64,000 nt of DNA, taken from NCBI GenBank assembly GCA_043228905.1, contig JBHGNT010000021.1, positions 6,944,001 to 7,008,000 of the forward strand, in the 5' to 3' direction. The position numbers and the translations under genes are program-made. The notes under the pieces were generated by a model that made no database searches, had not been told where the DNA came from, and saw nothing but the letters and a program-made list of their open reading frames with translations. Numbering within the stretch: the first letter of the stretch is position 1; each line of letters opens with the position of its first letter. This document shows, piece by piece, positions 1 through 13,395 of the stretch. The DNA comes from Azolla caroliniana. Its lineage: Eukaryota > Plantae > Polypodiophyta.

Positions 1-279
1 TCGTTGTCAATGAAAACAATTAGCCCATTTCTGGTAAGCTTAAGTTGTTTTTTTTTCTCATTGTGTCTGACTTAATACCAAGGTTATGGAATGAACTTTG
101 GATGGAGGCAATAGTACATTGGGCCATGTGTTCTTTATCTGCAAGTTGACATTGTATCAAATCTGATGTGACACCCCCGCCCATATATGCATAAACACAT
201 CAACAGAGTGCAGTATGATAATATGATTGACTATGAATTGCAGGCCAATGGATGGACAGCATATTATATTCACGTGTGA

Positions 280-800
280 GGTCATTGGAGATAAGGGAGG
301 GTCAATGTGAGGACTGATTGATGAAGGAAATCACTGGTTAGAAACTGCAATCAATTAGTGGTTTTTGGGATGTTTGGAGTTATATTTAGGTAGCTGTCAA
401 TTTGTTCTAATATGAAACTTTAAGTGTTTGGAACATAATTATTTGGGGAATGTGCTTTTGATCTTGAGAGTAACATTGTACTATCACATTGCCAACTTTT
501 GCAAACTTGTATTCACGTACCATGCATTATCAAATCCAAACTGACATTCTTGAGAATATATGATAACCAAAAGGTTGCCATGGTGGTTATGAGAATGGAA
601 GTCTTATGGAAGGATGCATTGTAGAAGCTACAAACTTTGGCTCATGGTAATAACTTGGCGAAAAAACTACTTCAAAGAAGCATGTTACGATGAGCATATT
701 TGGTACAGGACAGAAACATCTAATTAAGGAACTCGAAATGTGCAATGATTGCCTAAGTTCATGAATGTTTGTAATGCAAAATGTATATTGCAACTGCTCC
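280..800 (+). pseudogene. Possible highly decayed PLS-class PPR (E/DYW-end) fragment
   Basis: Short peptides GLIDEGNHWLET, LGECAFD and LIKELEMCNDC resemble PPR, E and DYW motifs; many stops and frameshifts. Confidence 0.3.
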
Positions 801-2202
801 CTGACAGCAGTAAGCAACAACTTTTGAAATAGTACACTAATGAAATGTGATTTAGAACATGAAAGCCAATTTCCTTATGATCATGACTCAATATCAATGT
901 TGCCTTAATTTGCAAAATACAGGATACTTTCCTTGTGGGACAAGAATTTAAAACACTATTTTTGCTTAAAGAAGACAACATATGCAGGGATTTTTCTACC
1001 AGAACTTTTGAACAAACTATTCCAAATTGCTCCAAAAACAGAACATTTCACATTTATGAACATAGCATACAAACCATGACAGAAAATTAACATGAGTTTC
1101 AAATGCAGAATTTGATTCACTCCAAGTGAAATTTTAAATGAAACATTTCACATTGCTGAACTTAACATACAAACCATGGTAGAATCTTAACACGAGTTTC
1201 AACTGCAGAATTTGATATAATAGGGCCATGAACAATCCAATGACAAGAATTCATGGCCTACTTGATAGGTACAGGAAATAACCCTCTCCTCAGCAGTGAT
1301 CTACCAAATAGGAATAAAAACGAGGCACTGGAAAATAATGAGGCAGTTATAATTCCTCTTATTATAATAGTGCAGAACAGGTGTTTGGGGGAAAAGAAAT
1401 GAAAATGCATATTACCTGGTAATGGATGAACCTTTTGAATGAGGGTCCGTATCATTAAAAGTATTGCAACACTTTTTAAATCGACATCTAATGCTATGAG
1501 GCAACTATCATCATTCTATTGAATAGATCATGTCACTAATAGAAAAAGAGTTGACCATTTTCATACAAACCTTATCGATTGTGATACATCAGCATTGAGC
1601 ACATAAGTTATAGCTTCTAGACTAAGAAGTGCGAGAGACAAATTAGGCCGTTTAATATCTAATTATTCTGAAAATGCCTTTGAACCTTAAGACTAGTGAA
1701 CTTTCCGTTTGGATCCTGAACTATATGCCTCCTAATATCACTTGGAAAGCTTGGTCATCACAACACTTTAACAAGAGAATAATTTGTATGAATCAACTTG
1801 AATACTATGCAATTCAGAAGATGCCTTCAAACGTGAAGTTTCAATTTGGTTTCTGAACTCCATAATTCTTCCTATATAACCCACGGAAGCTCAGTGCACT
1901 ATAATACTTCTTAGTATAGCATCAAGTTGAAAAAAAATGTTGTTCCCCTACTAAGATCCCGTGAAATAAGAAAATGCAAAGAAAGTCGGCGGCCAATTCT
2001 CATGCTACAGACCAAAGTATTATGGTCCACACTTAATGTATTATTCCTCCGTTTTTTTCATTATCTCCCATATGTATGGCTCAAATCTCTAATCTCTCCA
2101 ACCAAATGAAAAATTGAATTAATATTAAGGATTGTAGAGAGGAATACCTTTTGCAAAGGTAGCCAAACAATGCTATCTAATGGCACTGAATATAACATTG
2201 GA

Positions 2203-5200
2203 TTAGTTCTTGTGGGATCTACCCATGGCTTTCGAAACTTCATCCTGAGAAGAAGGGAAAAGTTCCACATATCTACTTCCAAGCATCATCTTGTCTCTAC
2301 ACATTGCTTCTTTAGACTGGCTAGGTCCATCAAATTCAGCATATGCCTCACCAGTTGCTCGACCATCTGAATGTATAACAAAGTGGATATTGTCGTTCTT
2401 AAGGTCAAAATCTTTGAAGAATTCCTTCACATCTTTCTTGGAGGCTGAAAATGGGAGTCCCCGAAGCTTAAGAATGCCAGTGTGTTCCATATGCTCCTTA
2501 TCAACAGAAGATTTGAAAGTTGGATATGAAGGAGGTGCGGCACTCGATCTTGGTTTTTCAACTTCATTGAATTCGGTTGCAACTGCTAGATAATACTCAT
2601 GCTTCTTGCTTCGAAAAACCTCAACATACCGTTGGCCCATATTTTGCTTGTTTCTCCGTAAGGCAAACTCCACTTGAATTGGCATACCAAATACACAGTA
2701 TGCCTCTCCAGAGAACCGGCCATGTTTGTGAGTAAGAAGCACATCGACCACATCAAGACCTCTGAAGAAATCACACACATCATTCTCTGTGCAGTTGAAA
2801 GGGAGACCACGTAATCTAACAACAGGAAAACCTCTTGACAACGAATATGGTGTGAACACAGGACCCCCGTGAACAAAAGGAGGATGAGGCAACATTGGCG
2901 GTGATCCGAGTACATGTGGACTTAGCCTCTCCATAGAAAATCGAGCAGGAGATGATGAAGCAGTACCAAAATGACCTTGATGAGGAGGATGAGAATAGTG
3001 AGATTTTTTTCCTGACGAAGATTGAAGTGGAGAGCGTCCTCTGAATGGACTTAAGCTTGTCGATAATGATGCAGAAGCACCCCCTGCAGGATAAGATTGC
3101 ATCATAAGAGCTGATGATGAAGGTGACGCACTGTCTGGATGAATAGGGTTTCGTGCGACATTAGGGTTTACTCCTGCATTGCTCATATGGTTAGGTTTAG
3201 TAACATTACTAGGATTGTTTAAATTGCTACGATTCTGTGATGCATTTACACTGCTTAGATGATTAGGGTTGAAGTCATAAGGGCTGGGGTTATGGTTAGT
3301 GTTAGCATTACTATAAGGGGTTAGGGATTAGTGAACATGCAGTAGCTATCAATGGAGAGCGAGAGAGATTCTGATAAGATGAGTAGATACCTGATGCTAA
3401 AGCTTGGCTTTGTTGTTGTGGAGAAGGCACTGATGCAGCGAAGTATGAACTGAGCGAAGCTGCGATGCTCGATTGAATAGCTGCTGTTGCGGATCCAGAA
3501 GATGAAGAAGAGAAGTATGGATTATGGTTAAGATTCTCTTGTTGATTCAGGTTATGGCCATGGCTTTGGCTCTGATTGTTATAATAAGATGAATACATGT
3601 TAGAGGTAACAGCTGACGCTGAAACAGAAGCATCATGGTGGAGCCGTTGTCGTTTAGCATCGTACTCAAAGTCATGTGCAGCAGAAGTTTCTCCTTGAGA
3701 TGCCATGTCTCCTGGATCATTTCTGCAAGAATAAATGTTTGATCATGGATCTTTAGGAAACCTAGATAATTTTTCTCAGCATGTAATCAGAATCAATGAT
3801 TCTAGTTGAGACTGGACATTGGTGATGATTAGGAATCCGCAACAGTTCAGTTTCAGCTTAACCGGTTTCGCATTGTCCAAGCCAAACTGGTTTAGAAGAG
3901 TTCAACCCTGAATTGGGCCAAACTGACCGAATCCTAAACGGGTTAAGACTTAACCAATTTGGGCTAAACTGGTTTAGGCCTAGCCAGTTACTAATTTATT
4001 TCTGGTTTAATATTATTTTGCTTTTTGAAATGTTACCTTTATTTACCTCGCTCTTTTTCTCTGTCCCTCAGTTTTTGGGACAGTCACTAGTGTAGGGATG
4101 CGGCACCCTCCCTCTCTCTCTCTATTTTTCGTAAATAATGGCTTTCATTACAAAAGAAAAACACCACCATGACTAACTTACAACAAAGTATAGAACTCTT
4201 CTAGGGATCTAAATACTACTAGGAACTCAATCCTTCCCTACACACCAATTCAAATGTCGGATATGATGATATGCGACCTTGCAAAGTTGGCCCTCTTGAT
4301 GGTTGAGATTTTATGACTTCTCTAACACGGTCAATTGCCACAAAAGAAATCTTTTGAGCTTTACGACATACTCCAACTTGCGATTTAAAAATGTGCATCT
4401 TCCAATTAAACCACCTCAAGAACTCAAAACTAATTTGGAAGTGAGGCATCACTCCACAATTCTCCATATGTGCAAAAAACCCAACTAAACGAAAATAATT
4501 TTACTCCAACCAGGACCATCCACGCTAAATTGATATAGCTCCAGACCATTCTAGCCATTGAGCACGAAAGAAATAGATGCCTACTATGTTCCAATACCAT
4601 CAAATAAAAGAAACACATTCCTCTAGCAATGTTTCTTTTGTTTAATGCATCCCCCAATAGTAGAGCTCCAACCATAACTCTCCAAATGGATATCTTAGCC
4701 CGTACCATCAATCGAAAACACCAACCTGCCTTGATCACATGAAACCATCAAGTAGTGGGCTTATGAAAATCCCATATCTTTATAATCCTTTCTTCCATCC
4801 ACTTACGTTTGTCAATCAACTTGTGATAAACATCATTTGTTGATATCATAGTCAATCTCCTATTTCCAAGAAAAGTCCAATCAAGCTCTTGTGATCCCAC
4901 ATCTAAATCAGGAATTGGCTCATATGCTAATAATAATCCTTATAACTGATCCTAGATAAAGGTATATCCTCTTCGAATACGAAATGTTGATGTTGTTGTT
5001 CGTAAGGCCACTAATCTTCTTTGGAAAGAGTTTGAAAATGTCCAAAAACATTTTCTTACAAAGTTTCTACAAGTTAAGAAACAAACGCCATACATGCTCC
5101 TTGAGACAGAATCACTTCCCATTGAGATCATGGCCATGGAAAGGGTTGTTGAATACATGCTTAAGGTTCAAAAACTTCCCTCACATTGACTTCCTCCTAG

Positions 5201-8200
5201 AATCACATGGGAAGCAAGCAAAAAGATCTAAAAGACGTGTAAAAGCAAAATTTTGTGTTACAGTTGGATGCAAGCTATGAAAAAGTGGTTTGGCAGATGG
5301 GATGCAATACATTTGCTTCATGATACATCGCTAGAATCCTCTATAAATGAGCCCTTTTTGCAACGCCAATGTATCATGACATGGGAAAAATGTGGAGGCT
5401 CACGCTTCACACATTATACTACACATGTTGCACCTAACTACAAAACCATATTTTTCATAGAACGGGGAAACCGTACACATCAATACGTGTTAGAGCCCAT
5501 TTCGTTGGCTTCTATTCGAACCATTGCTTCCATGCAACTTAGCTCACATGCATTGTGATGTGAGACGGGGCGTTGGGGCACAAGTGATGAGAGTGGTCGA
5601 CTATGTACACTTTGCCCTAAACAAGTTCAAGAGTCTGAGTATCACACTCTGATACGATGCTCTCCCTTTAATCATATTCCACCATGCTTTCCACACATCT
5701 TCAACCAAACCCAATCCTTGCACAAATTTCTCTCACAAGCTCAATGTGCACTCTCAATTGCAACATTCATTGGTAAAGTTCTTGAGCATCGAGAGTCGCT
5801 ACTCACTTTCACATGTATCACGTGAAATGTAATATTTTTATTCTCATAGGTCATATTTGACCTCTGAAGACAATAATATAGTCTATCTATCTATCTATCT
5901 ATCTCTCAATTTTTGGGACAATGTAGGGATGTGGCACCTTTCTTTCTCTCTCTTTCTCTTTCTCAACGATTACCTTTCTTTCTCTCACTACCATTGAAAA
6001 TATATAAATGACTTAACCGGCTCAAGCCAAACCGAAGCGAGCTGAAACCAGAAAAGAAACCTCATGCCTGAACTAAATTTGAGAATCTGGGTATCACAAT
6101 TAGATACAATGCTCTACCTTAGATCACATTCAACTATGCTTTCCACACATCCTCAACCATACCAAATCCTTGCACGAATTTCTCTTACACTCACTGTGTG
6201 CACTCTCAATAGCGACATTCCTTAGTAAAGTTCTTGAACATGAAAAGTGGTTCCTCACTCACATGTATTATATGAAGACTATTTGAAGAAAATCTCAGCC
6301 TACAATTACGTTGCATCACACAGCAAAGTAAAGATTCTTCGAAGAAGTTATCATGTCTCTCTATTGCCAATATTGGGTCTAAGTGGAGAACATATATTTC
6401 TAATGTGATAATAAAATCTCTCTCAATGGCTCATCACTTCCCCCGCACAAGGGAGTCTTACTCATTGTGCTATGTTGCCTCTACCTCTATAGTTGTCTCT
6501 GGATCATCTGAAATGTCTGCCTAATCTCTGCATCCTCTACATTTTCTTCAATGTATGGTTCCTCTTCAATTTCTATAATATCAAAATCCATGTCTTCATT
6601 TGTTGTCCATTCAAAATCCACGGTGTCCTTATAGTTAAGACAAAGGGTACATGGTATGGTCGGAGGAATGCCGAGGCCAGAGGGAATAGTGTAAAAATAA
6701 GAATGTAGAGATTAGGCTAAAGCCTAAGAGGACATAGAGATTAGTCAAACATTCTAGAAAACGCAGAGGATCAGACATCACAGAAAATGTTAGAAGAAAA
6801 GAACGGGATGAAAGCACCCCGAGTAGCGCCAAGCCACCCAAAATGCAGGTTCCATTCAATGTCAAAGAGGGGAAACATGATCTATTACACCATTTGATTA
6901 CGCAAGAGATCAATCTTATTACAGATGATATAGAAAGAGCATTAAGAGAGGAAACGAGAAAACATATAGACAAACAGAAAACATGGTTGTATGCCTTGCC
7001 TCTCTTATGATTGAGTTATTAGAAGAGATAAAATAAGACATCACAAACCTTGTCAAGAAATCAAAGTTAGAGCTCAAGTATGACATGACGCAATACCTTA
7101 AGGATGAAATATATTCAAATAAGGTTCAATTAGTAGCTATCAAAGTTGATTTAGAAAAAGGACAAGAAGCAATGGAAAAATGCATCTCCATTGTTAAAGC
7201 TGATGTAAGGCAATGCAAACCTGCATAGAGATGACAAAAAATGTCAAAGCTCAAGTTGAGCATGCTCAAAAAGAAATTAAAGCAAATGTTCCTTGGATAG
7301 AGGTAATGACAAGCAAAAAGGAACATGAGTGGATAAGATGGAAATGATGAACGCTACATTATAAGAACGCTATTAGGTACTCCCATTCACATCCTTCTTT
7401 CTACTAATGACATAATCTAGGTTTCTAAATCTCATGCAAGTGTACAACGTCATCTCAACGTTCTAGATGGTTTTTGCCGCAAAAAAGGGCTCACAATAAA
7501 CCTAGGAAAGACTAAGGGATGAGATTCTACCTAGGAAAGACTAAGCTCATATGATTGCGGTACAAATGGACAAAGATCAGCCATGATATGTATGATCAAC
7601 TCTATGCACTTTATGAACTCTAAATTCAGGTCACAACCTTATACATGTAAGGATAAAGTTACCACAATTTGCAGGAGCCTAACCAATGCATGCCACTAAT
7701 TGTTCATAGAAGATGAGATGGTAAGATGCAGCTACTTACACTGATAAGTTAAGAATTGCTCATGTGTCATGCATTCCAAAATGCGTCATAAAAAACTACA
7801 AAATGTACAATGGCTATAAGTATAAAGAGAAGACATGTAAAAGGGCCATCTCATAATGTATGGTTCAATGATGAGTATAAGACAGCCAAATGCAAGCTTA
7901 TCTACAAAACGCACAATGGCTGTTAGCATAAAGGGAAGACATGTAAAAGGGCCATCTCATAATGTATGGTTCAATAATGAATATAAGACAGCCAAATGCA
8001 TGGACAAATGTAGCAAGCAAATACAATATCCTCAAAAGGAGGGAACAAAGATAATACTAAGTTGATCAGTAAGATACATTCTGCTTTAAAAATACACAAT
8101 GGATCATAGAGAGCTATCAAGGGACAGCAGATGAAAATGAAGGAACATTTCTCCATGGCTCAAATCTTGACATATGTGGAACAATTTTGCATGATAGATG

Positions 8201-9982
8201 AAAGACCCACCAACATGTTACCTTTTACTGCACATGGAAGCTTTTGAGTACAACGAGGTAATGAAAAGCATGAAAAAACTTCATAATGCCAAGGTTGGTT
8301 ATACATTTTATCCATGCTTAAAAAAGCTAAAAATGAAATCAAGAGTGGATACTTGAATTACTAAATCAGACAATAGCAGAAGGTTTTCCTGGAGATTGAC
8401 AAGGTAATTAGATAAAGGCACTAAACAAATGAGGGAACCAGCTCACTCAACTATCGCACAATTATGGATCTTGTATAGTCAAACTTCTAGGTGATATCTG
8501 CACATCAACTTGGTGAATGGGCTGAAAAACAAAGTACTATGGATCATTTTGGTTGTATGTGGGTTGTAATGAAGGAGAGCTGGATCAAAGGACGAACATT
8601 GAATTGTTGTTTTGTAGAACTCTAGAAGGATTTGGAAATAATCTCTAAAACAAAATTATAGAAGGACTCAGTTATACCAGCAAGTAAGATACAAGTTGAA
8701 GACAAATGAAAGTTTTTCTAGAGAGTTTATGACCACCATGGGAGGGAGACAAGGATTTTTAGGCTATGGATTGACCAACTAGAAGAATTCGTTCCAGAAG
8801 CTTTTGAAGAGCATGAGCACAAACCCATTCTCCATATTGCTTCTAGACACTGGAAAAAGGCAAATAGATCTGAAAGACCTTCAAATAATTTAAATATACA
8901 TACTGAAAATAAAGATAGTACCAGGAAATCGCTCCCCGAGGCCACATGGGAAATAGGATGCTATCATCAAAGCGAATTTTTTTCATCCAGAAAGTGTTTG
9001 CAAGATGGCATGTAGAAGAAATTTCGATGTGAACGTAGATGAAAAGAAAGGGACAGGAGAACGTGACCCATGTTACAAAGCGAGACATTGAAGCCTTGAG
9101 ACCATTTGAACACACAAGGCAGATTCATTGCCAGGTATATGACATGCTAGCTTGGCATATGAATGTGCACTAGTGTAGGTGTTCATAAGTGGCAAGGTTC
9201 AGGAAAATTAGCGAAGAATGTGAGTGTAAGGCTAGAGAAAGACAAGCCTCATTTGCACACTATGTGAACTACCTATGTAAGAGAGACCTTAAACATTGGT
9301 TGGACAGATTAATCTTCTTGCAGCGACTACTTTGTAATATGTCATGGGCACATGTTTCACTTAGGCACAATTGAAGCCCTCCACACAGAATGAAGAACAG
9401 ACGCACATAGATGTAAGTTTGAGTATTATTGCAGCTTTATTAATTTTTAATATTGGAAAATTACACACAATTACATCTGCACATCCATTCCCAAGAGAAT
9501 GAGACATGCCATAACACTGATGCACACATACATTATAAAAACTAGAAACTGGGAGTATGCTAATTATTGAGCAGAAAAAGAAGATAAGTGGCCTACGTTG
9601 CCTTAACATACCAGAAACAAAATACATCTCACTTTGGAATGGCTCACATTTGAGGACATTAGGCTAAAAGGTTGTACAAGATTTCAAGAGTCCCTAAGAA
9701 AATTGGTGGTCTATTTCATTGTAGGAGCTAAATTTTTAATCTTGATGTCTTCATCGAAATTTCTTTTTCTGTTATACCATTTTATAATCCCACACCTAAG
9801 TGGTACATGATTGAATGATACCGTGAGCCAGGATGGGCCCCGTGTACAGTACAAGCTATATCTCTCTCAATGATCTTTCTTTCTTACTTCCTTACTTTCT
9901 CAAATCGCAAGAATTACTATGACAGAAGAAGAAGAAGAAGAAACATTTACCTGTCTGCTGTTCCGCCTCCTCTTGAGAACAT
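2203..9982 (-). CDS. hnRNP F/H-like (quasi-RRM) RNA-binding protein; model complement(join(2203..3722,9951..9982)) with a +1 frameshift within 3314-3327
   Basis: Two qRRMs (VVRLRGLPFNC...GEAY...RYVEVF; ILKLRGLPFSA...GEAY...RYVELF). Exon 1 reads ATG TTC TCA AGA GGA...GAC AG|GTAAAT (MFSRGGGTAD) and splices in phase to ttcttgcAG|A AAT GAT CCA at 3722. This is in frame with ORF 3311..3706, which contains the AKRQR motif typical of the plant family. Confidence 0.85.
4130..5280 (-). mobile_element. L1-type LINE ORF2 3' fragment (zf-RVT region), intronic
   Basis: KISIWRVMVGALLLGDALNKRNIARGMCFF...EHSRHLFLSCSMARMVW is the zf-RVT signature; reading frame broken. Confidence 0.75.
5280..5905 (+). mobile_element. 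RTE/RTEX-like LINE 3' end with (CTAT)n tail
   Basis: ...MQLSSHAL*CETGRWG...RLCTLCPKQVQESEYHTLIRC (LSSH-L-ETGRW plus C-terminal CCHC motif) followed by (ctat)n at ~5883-5903. A second diverged copy of the same 3' end lies at ~6090-6270. Confidence 0.7.
6760..8620 (+). mobile_element. Decayed non-LTR retrotransposon (RT fragments)
   Basis: VQRHLNVLDGFCRKKGLTINLGKTK at ~7440-7517 is a LINE RT C-terminal motif; surrounding frames are broken and boundaries approximate. Confidence 0.55.
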
Positions 9983-10279
9983 CGTTCTTTCTTCTCTTCT
10001 TCTTCTCTTCTTCGTCTTCTTCTTTTCTTTTCTTTCTGCTTCCTGTCTGTCTGTCTGTCTGTCTGTCTGTATCTTCTTCGTCTCACTTTCCTCCTTCTTC
10101 CTGTCTGCGATGTCTCCTTCTTCTCCCTTCTACTTTCTTTCTGTCTGTGTACTCTTCATCTTCTTCTTTCTTCTGTAAGATTTTGTTCATTTCTTGGTTT
10201 TCTCTCTCTCTGTCTCTCTCTCACTTGGGAAATGTCTTAAATTTAGTGTGTAAAAGTCTTCTTTTCTGTTGTTAACTTG

Positions 10280-10440
10280 TTATGTGTACACATATGTGTA
10301 TGTATATGTGTATGTGTATGTGTATGTGTATGCAAATGCAAATGCAAATGCAAATGCCATATGCATAAGCATATGTGTATGCAAATGCCATATGTGTATG
10401 TGTATGTGTATGTGTATGCAAATGCAGATGCATAAGCGTA

Positions 10441-10489
<49 letters not shown>

Positions 10490-10537
10490 GCAAATGCAAA
10501 TGCAAATGCAAATGCAAATGCAAATGCCATATGCGTA

Positions 10538-10604
<67 letters not shown>

Positions 10605-10645
10605 GTCTATGTGTATGTGTATGTGTATGTGTATGTCTATGTCTA

Positions 10646-10688
<43 letters not shown>

Positions 10689-10711
10689 GCAAATGCAGAT
10701 GCATAAGCGTA

Positions 10712-10760
<49 letters not shown>

Positions 10761-10790
10761 GCAAATGCAAATGCAAATGCCATATGCGTA

Positions 10791-10821
<31 letters not shown>

Positions 10822-10922
10822 GCAAATGCGTATGCATAAGCATATGTGTATGCAAATGCCATATGTGTATGTGTATGCAAATGCAAATGCAAATGCATAA
10901 GCGTATGTGTATGTGTATGTGT
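10280..10922. repeat. Compound hexamer microsatellite (TATGTG)n/(GCAAAT)n with higher-order structure
   Basis: Directly visible; produces the spurious YV/HT/CM/AN dipeptide ORFs. Confidence 0.97.
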
Positions 10923-12239
10923 AAGATGTGTTTCTATAATTAGATGTCGCCCCTCATCTGCCCCCGTCTCGCCCTCAATTGCCTTCCTTCTATCTATATT
11001 CACAAAACTAAACGTTGTTGTGATGTGGCATGTGCAAAGGAGGAAAATCGCAAGAGAGCGAGTTTATGAAGCAACCTATATGGTAATTTGGTTGAAGCTA
11101 ACAACATAAGATGGTTCAAATGGTACGAGTTCTCCACCTGAATGATAAGGTCAAGGGTTTGAACCTAGCTAAAAGCAATAAAGGAAAATGTGAGTTATAG
11201 TGCTAAAATGATGGCAATGAGATGGATATGCAAACAAGCATTTTGGTAGGACCAACACTCACTAAGACAAGGGTAGGTGAATGCTAAAGAGAAGGTAATC
11301 GAGCATGTTAAAAGAGGGACCGTTATTTTTATTGGACCATGAGCTCAAAATGTTATAAAATGGGCAAGAGGGATCATTGTCACGGTCGCAATTTTTGCAA
11401 TTCCAGTGTCCATGCTTTGGTAACATTTCGATCATACTTTAAGGTTTCTAAAACATCATTTTGAGAGGAATATGAGGGTTCGAGCAAAAAGATTGGACAA
11501 AGACATATTCAAGGGCGCGTGGAACCTATGAAAACAAAAAGTGACGAAGTCATTGTTCGAAGGGGGCCATACTAAAAGTCAATGAATTTATCTTCATCCA
11601 TATTCAGACCCAACTACTCTTGAGACTATATTTTTTTGCTTTTCATACCCTATGTAAAGGAAGTTTTGATTCGCTGAATATTTGGATATTGACCTTGGAT
11701 TTTTTTGTTTCGTGTATATGCAAGACATTACAACTTCTTTATTATTTTGATTATAATGGACTTTTATTTTGTAAACTGTGTTTACGGTGATATTGTGTGA
11801 ACAAGAATCGTAATAGTTTTTTTCAGCTCAAATTTCTAATCACGAGGTGAGAAACAATGTTTTTATTTGCTTAAAACTTGTGGAATACACATTTGTATTA
11901 AGAGCTTATGGTGATTTACTCATAATCAACAATTTTATTCCATGAAGGTAGCTACAAATTTTGTTGACTTCCTAATCATGTATCATGTGGGTGCACAACA
12001 ATATAATGTATATGACCTGTCTTGATGCTCTTATATGCCATCTCATATGGGAAATCCTACTTTTGACAATCAAATGCAAAGTCCTTTTAGGCCTTGATAG
12101 CCTATAGTTGATGGTAGGTAATGTTTTTCAAGCACATATAGAGTCTAGTTTTGTCAATTCCATTTGTGCTAATGTATGTGTGTATGTTTTTGTTGAAGAC
12201 ACATTAGACATATTCTTTTAGAACATGCTTTTTACTCAT

Positions 12240-13395
12240 CAACAAAGTCTTATTTGGATTGCAATTACTTAAAATGTCATGATGGGCTAATTTCTATAGA
12301 TGATCTTCTATACTCATGAATGGTGCTTCTAAACGCCAAGTCTCATTGTATTGTCATGACAATCCCAATGGGTGGACACTTTGGAGTCCACAAGACTTTA
12401 TAAATGATTACCTAAAATTATTGGTGGCATCAATTTCATAGCTTTGTTGAAGACATGTGCATAGTTGTGATGGATGTTGTTAATCAAACGTTCCTTAAAA
12501 TTTACCATATGGGTTGCTTCAACCATTACTAGTTCACAATGGTTCATGGAAATTCATCTCGTTGGATTTCATTACAAAACTCCCATCCTTAAAGGGTTTC
12601 TATGTCACTTTTAATGTGGTGTATCATTTTACTAACATGATACGTTTCTTTCGATCAGGAAGACTATCATATAGTCAAGAGAAAACTAATCTCGCTATGC
12701 AAAAAGTATTCGGGCATCATGGCCTTGTTAATGATATTATTAATGATGGTGGGCCACAATTCATATCCAAAAATTGTTTGCAGTAAACTCTCTCAGAGTC
12801 ATCATCCTTGAAGTGACGGTCAAATTGATCGTGCAAAGTAAACATTAGAACCAAATCTTTGTTGTTTCATCAATTGCCAATAGGACGGTTGGTCTAACTT
12901 CTCATATGTTCTGGAGTTCAAATGCAATAATTCAAATCATCATCATCTCAAATTGTCACTTGAGGAATCGAATTACAACATCTTGGTTCATTTGTGAACT
13001 CCGATCAAATAAATGACATTGCATTTTGTATTGATCTTCATCCACATTTTATCTCCACCTAGTGTTTTATATCTTGTTGTTTGAACCATACACTTCTGGC
13101 TCAATTCCGCCCTCAATTCTAGTACTAATTTGTTGATTGCCCAAAATTCGAAGTTATGGCTATTTTAGATTCCAATATTGTACATGACAATTTATGTTGC
13201 CCCATGGATTGGCTAGGTTATTATACCAATATTGTACATGACAATTTATGTTGCCCCATGGATTGGCTAGGTTATTATACCAATATTGTACATGACAATT
13301 TATGTTGCCCCATGGATTGGCTAGGTTATTATACCAATATTGAACAAACTTGGGATCTTGGAAAATATTGCAAATGCCCTAAAACTTGTGGCTAA
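12240..13395 (+). mobile_element. Decayed chromovirus (Ty3/gypsy) integrase plus chromodomain remnant
   Basis: CHD...GHFGVHKT (IN zinc finger); LQPLLVHNGSWKFISLDFITKLP and DIINDGGPQFIS (IN core); ILDS...DWLGY...EQTWD (chromodomain-like). Confidence 0.8.
13172..13342 (+). repeat. Perfect 54-bp tandem triplication
   Basis: Identical copies start at 13172, 13226 and 13280, plus a 9-bp partial copy. Confidence 0.97.

Noticed and set aside
8800-9000. PEATWE chromodomain-like remnant
   Set aside because: One short motif only; too decayed to call.
10243-11003. Many 70-243 aa ORFs with HT/YV/CM dipeptide repeats
   Set aside because: By-products of a stop-free hexamer microsatellite.
13172-13342. 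CRISPR-like regular repeats
   Set aside because: Head-to-tail identical units with no spacers, eukaryotic context, no cas genes.
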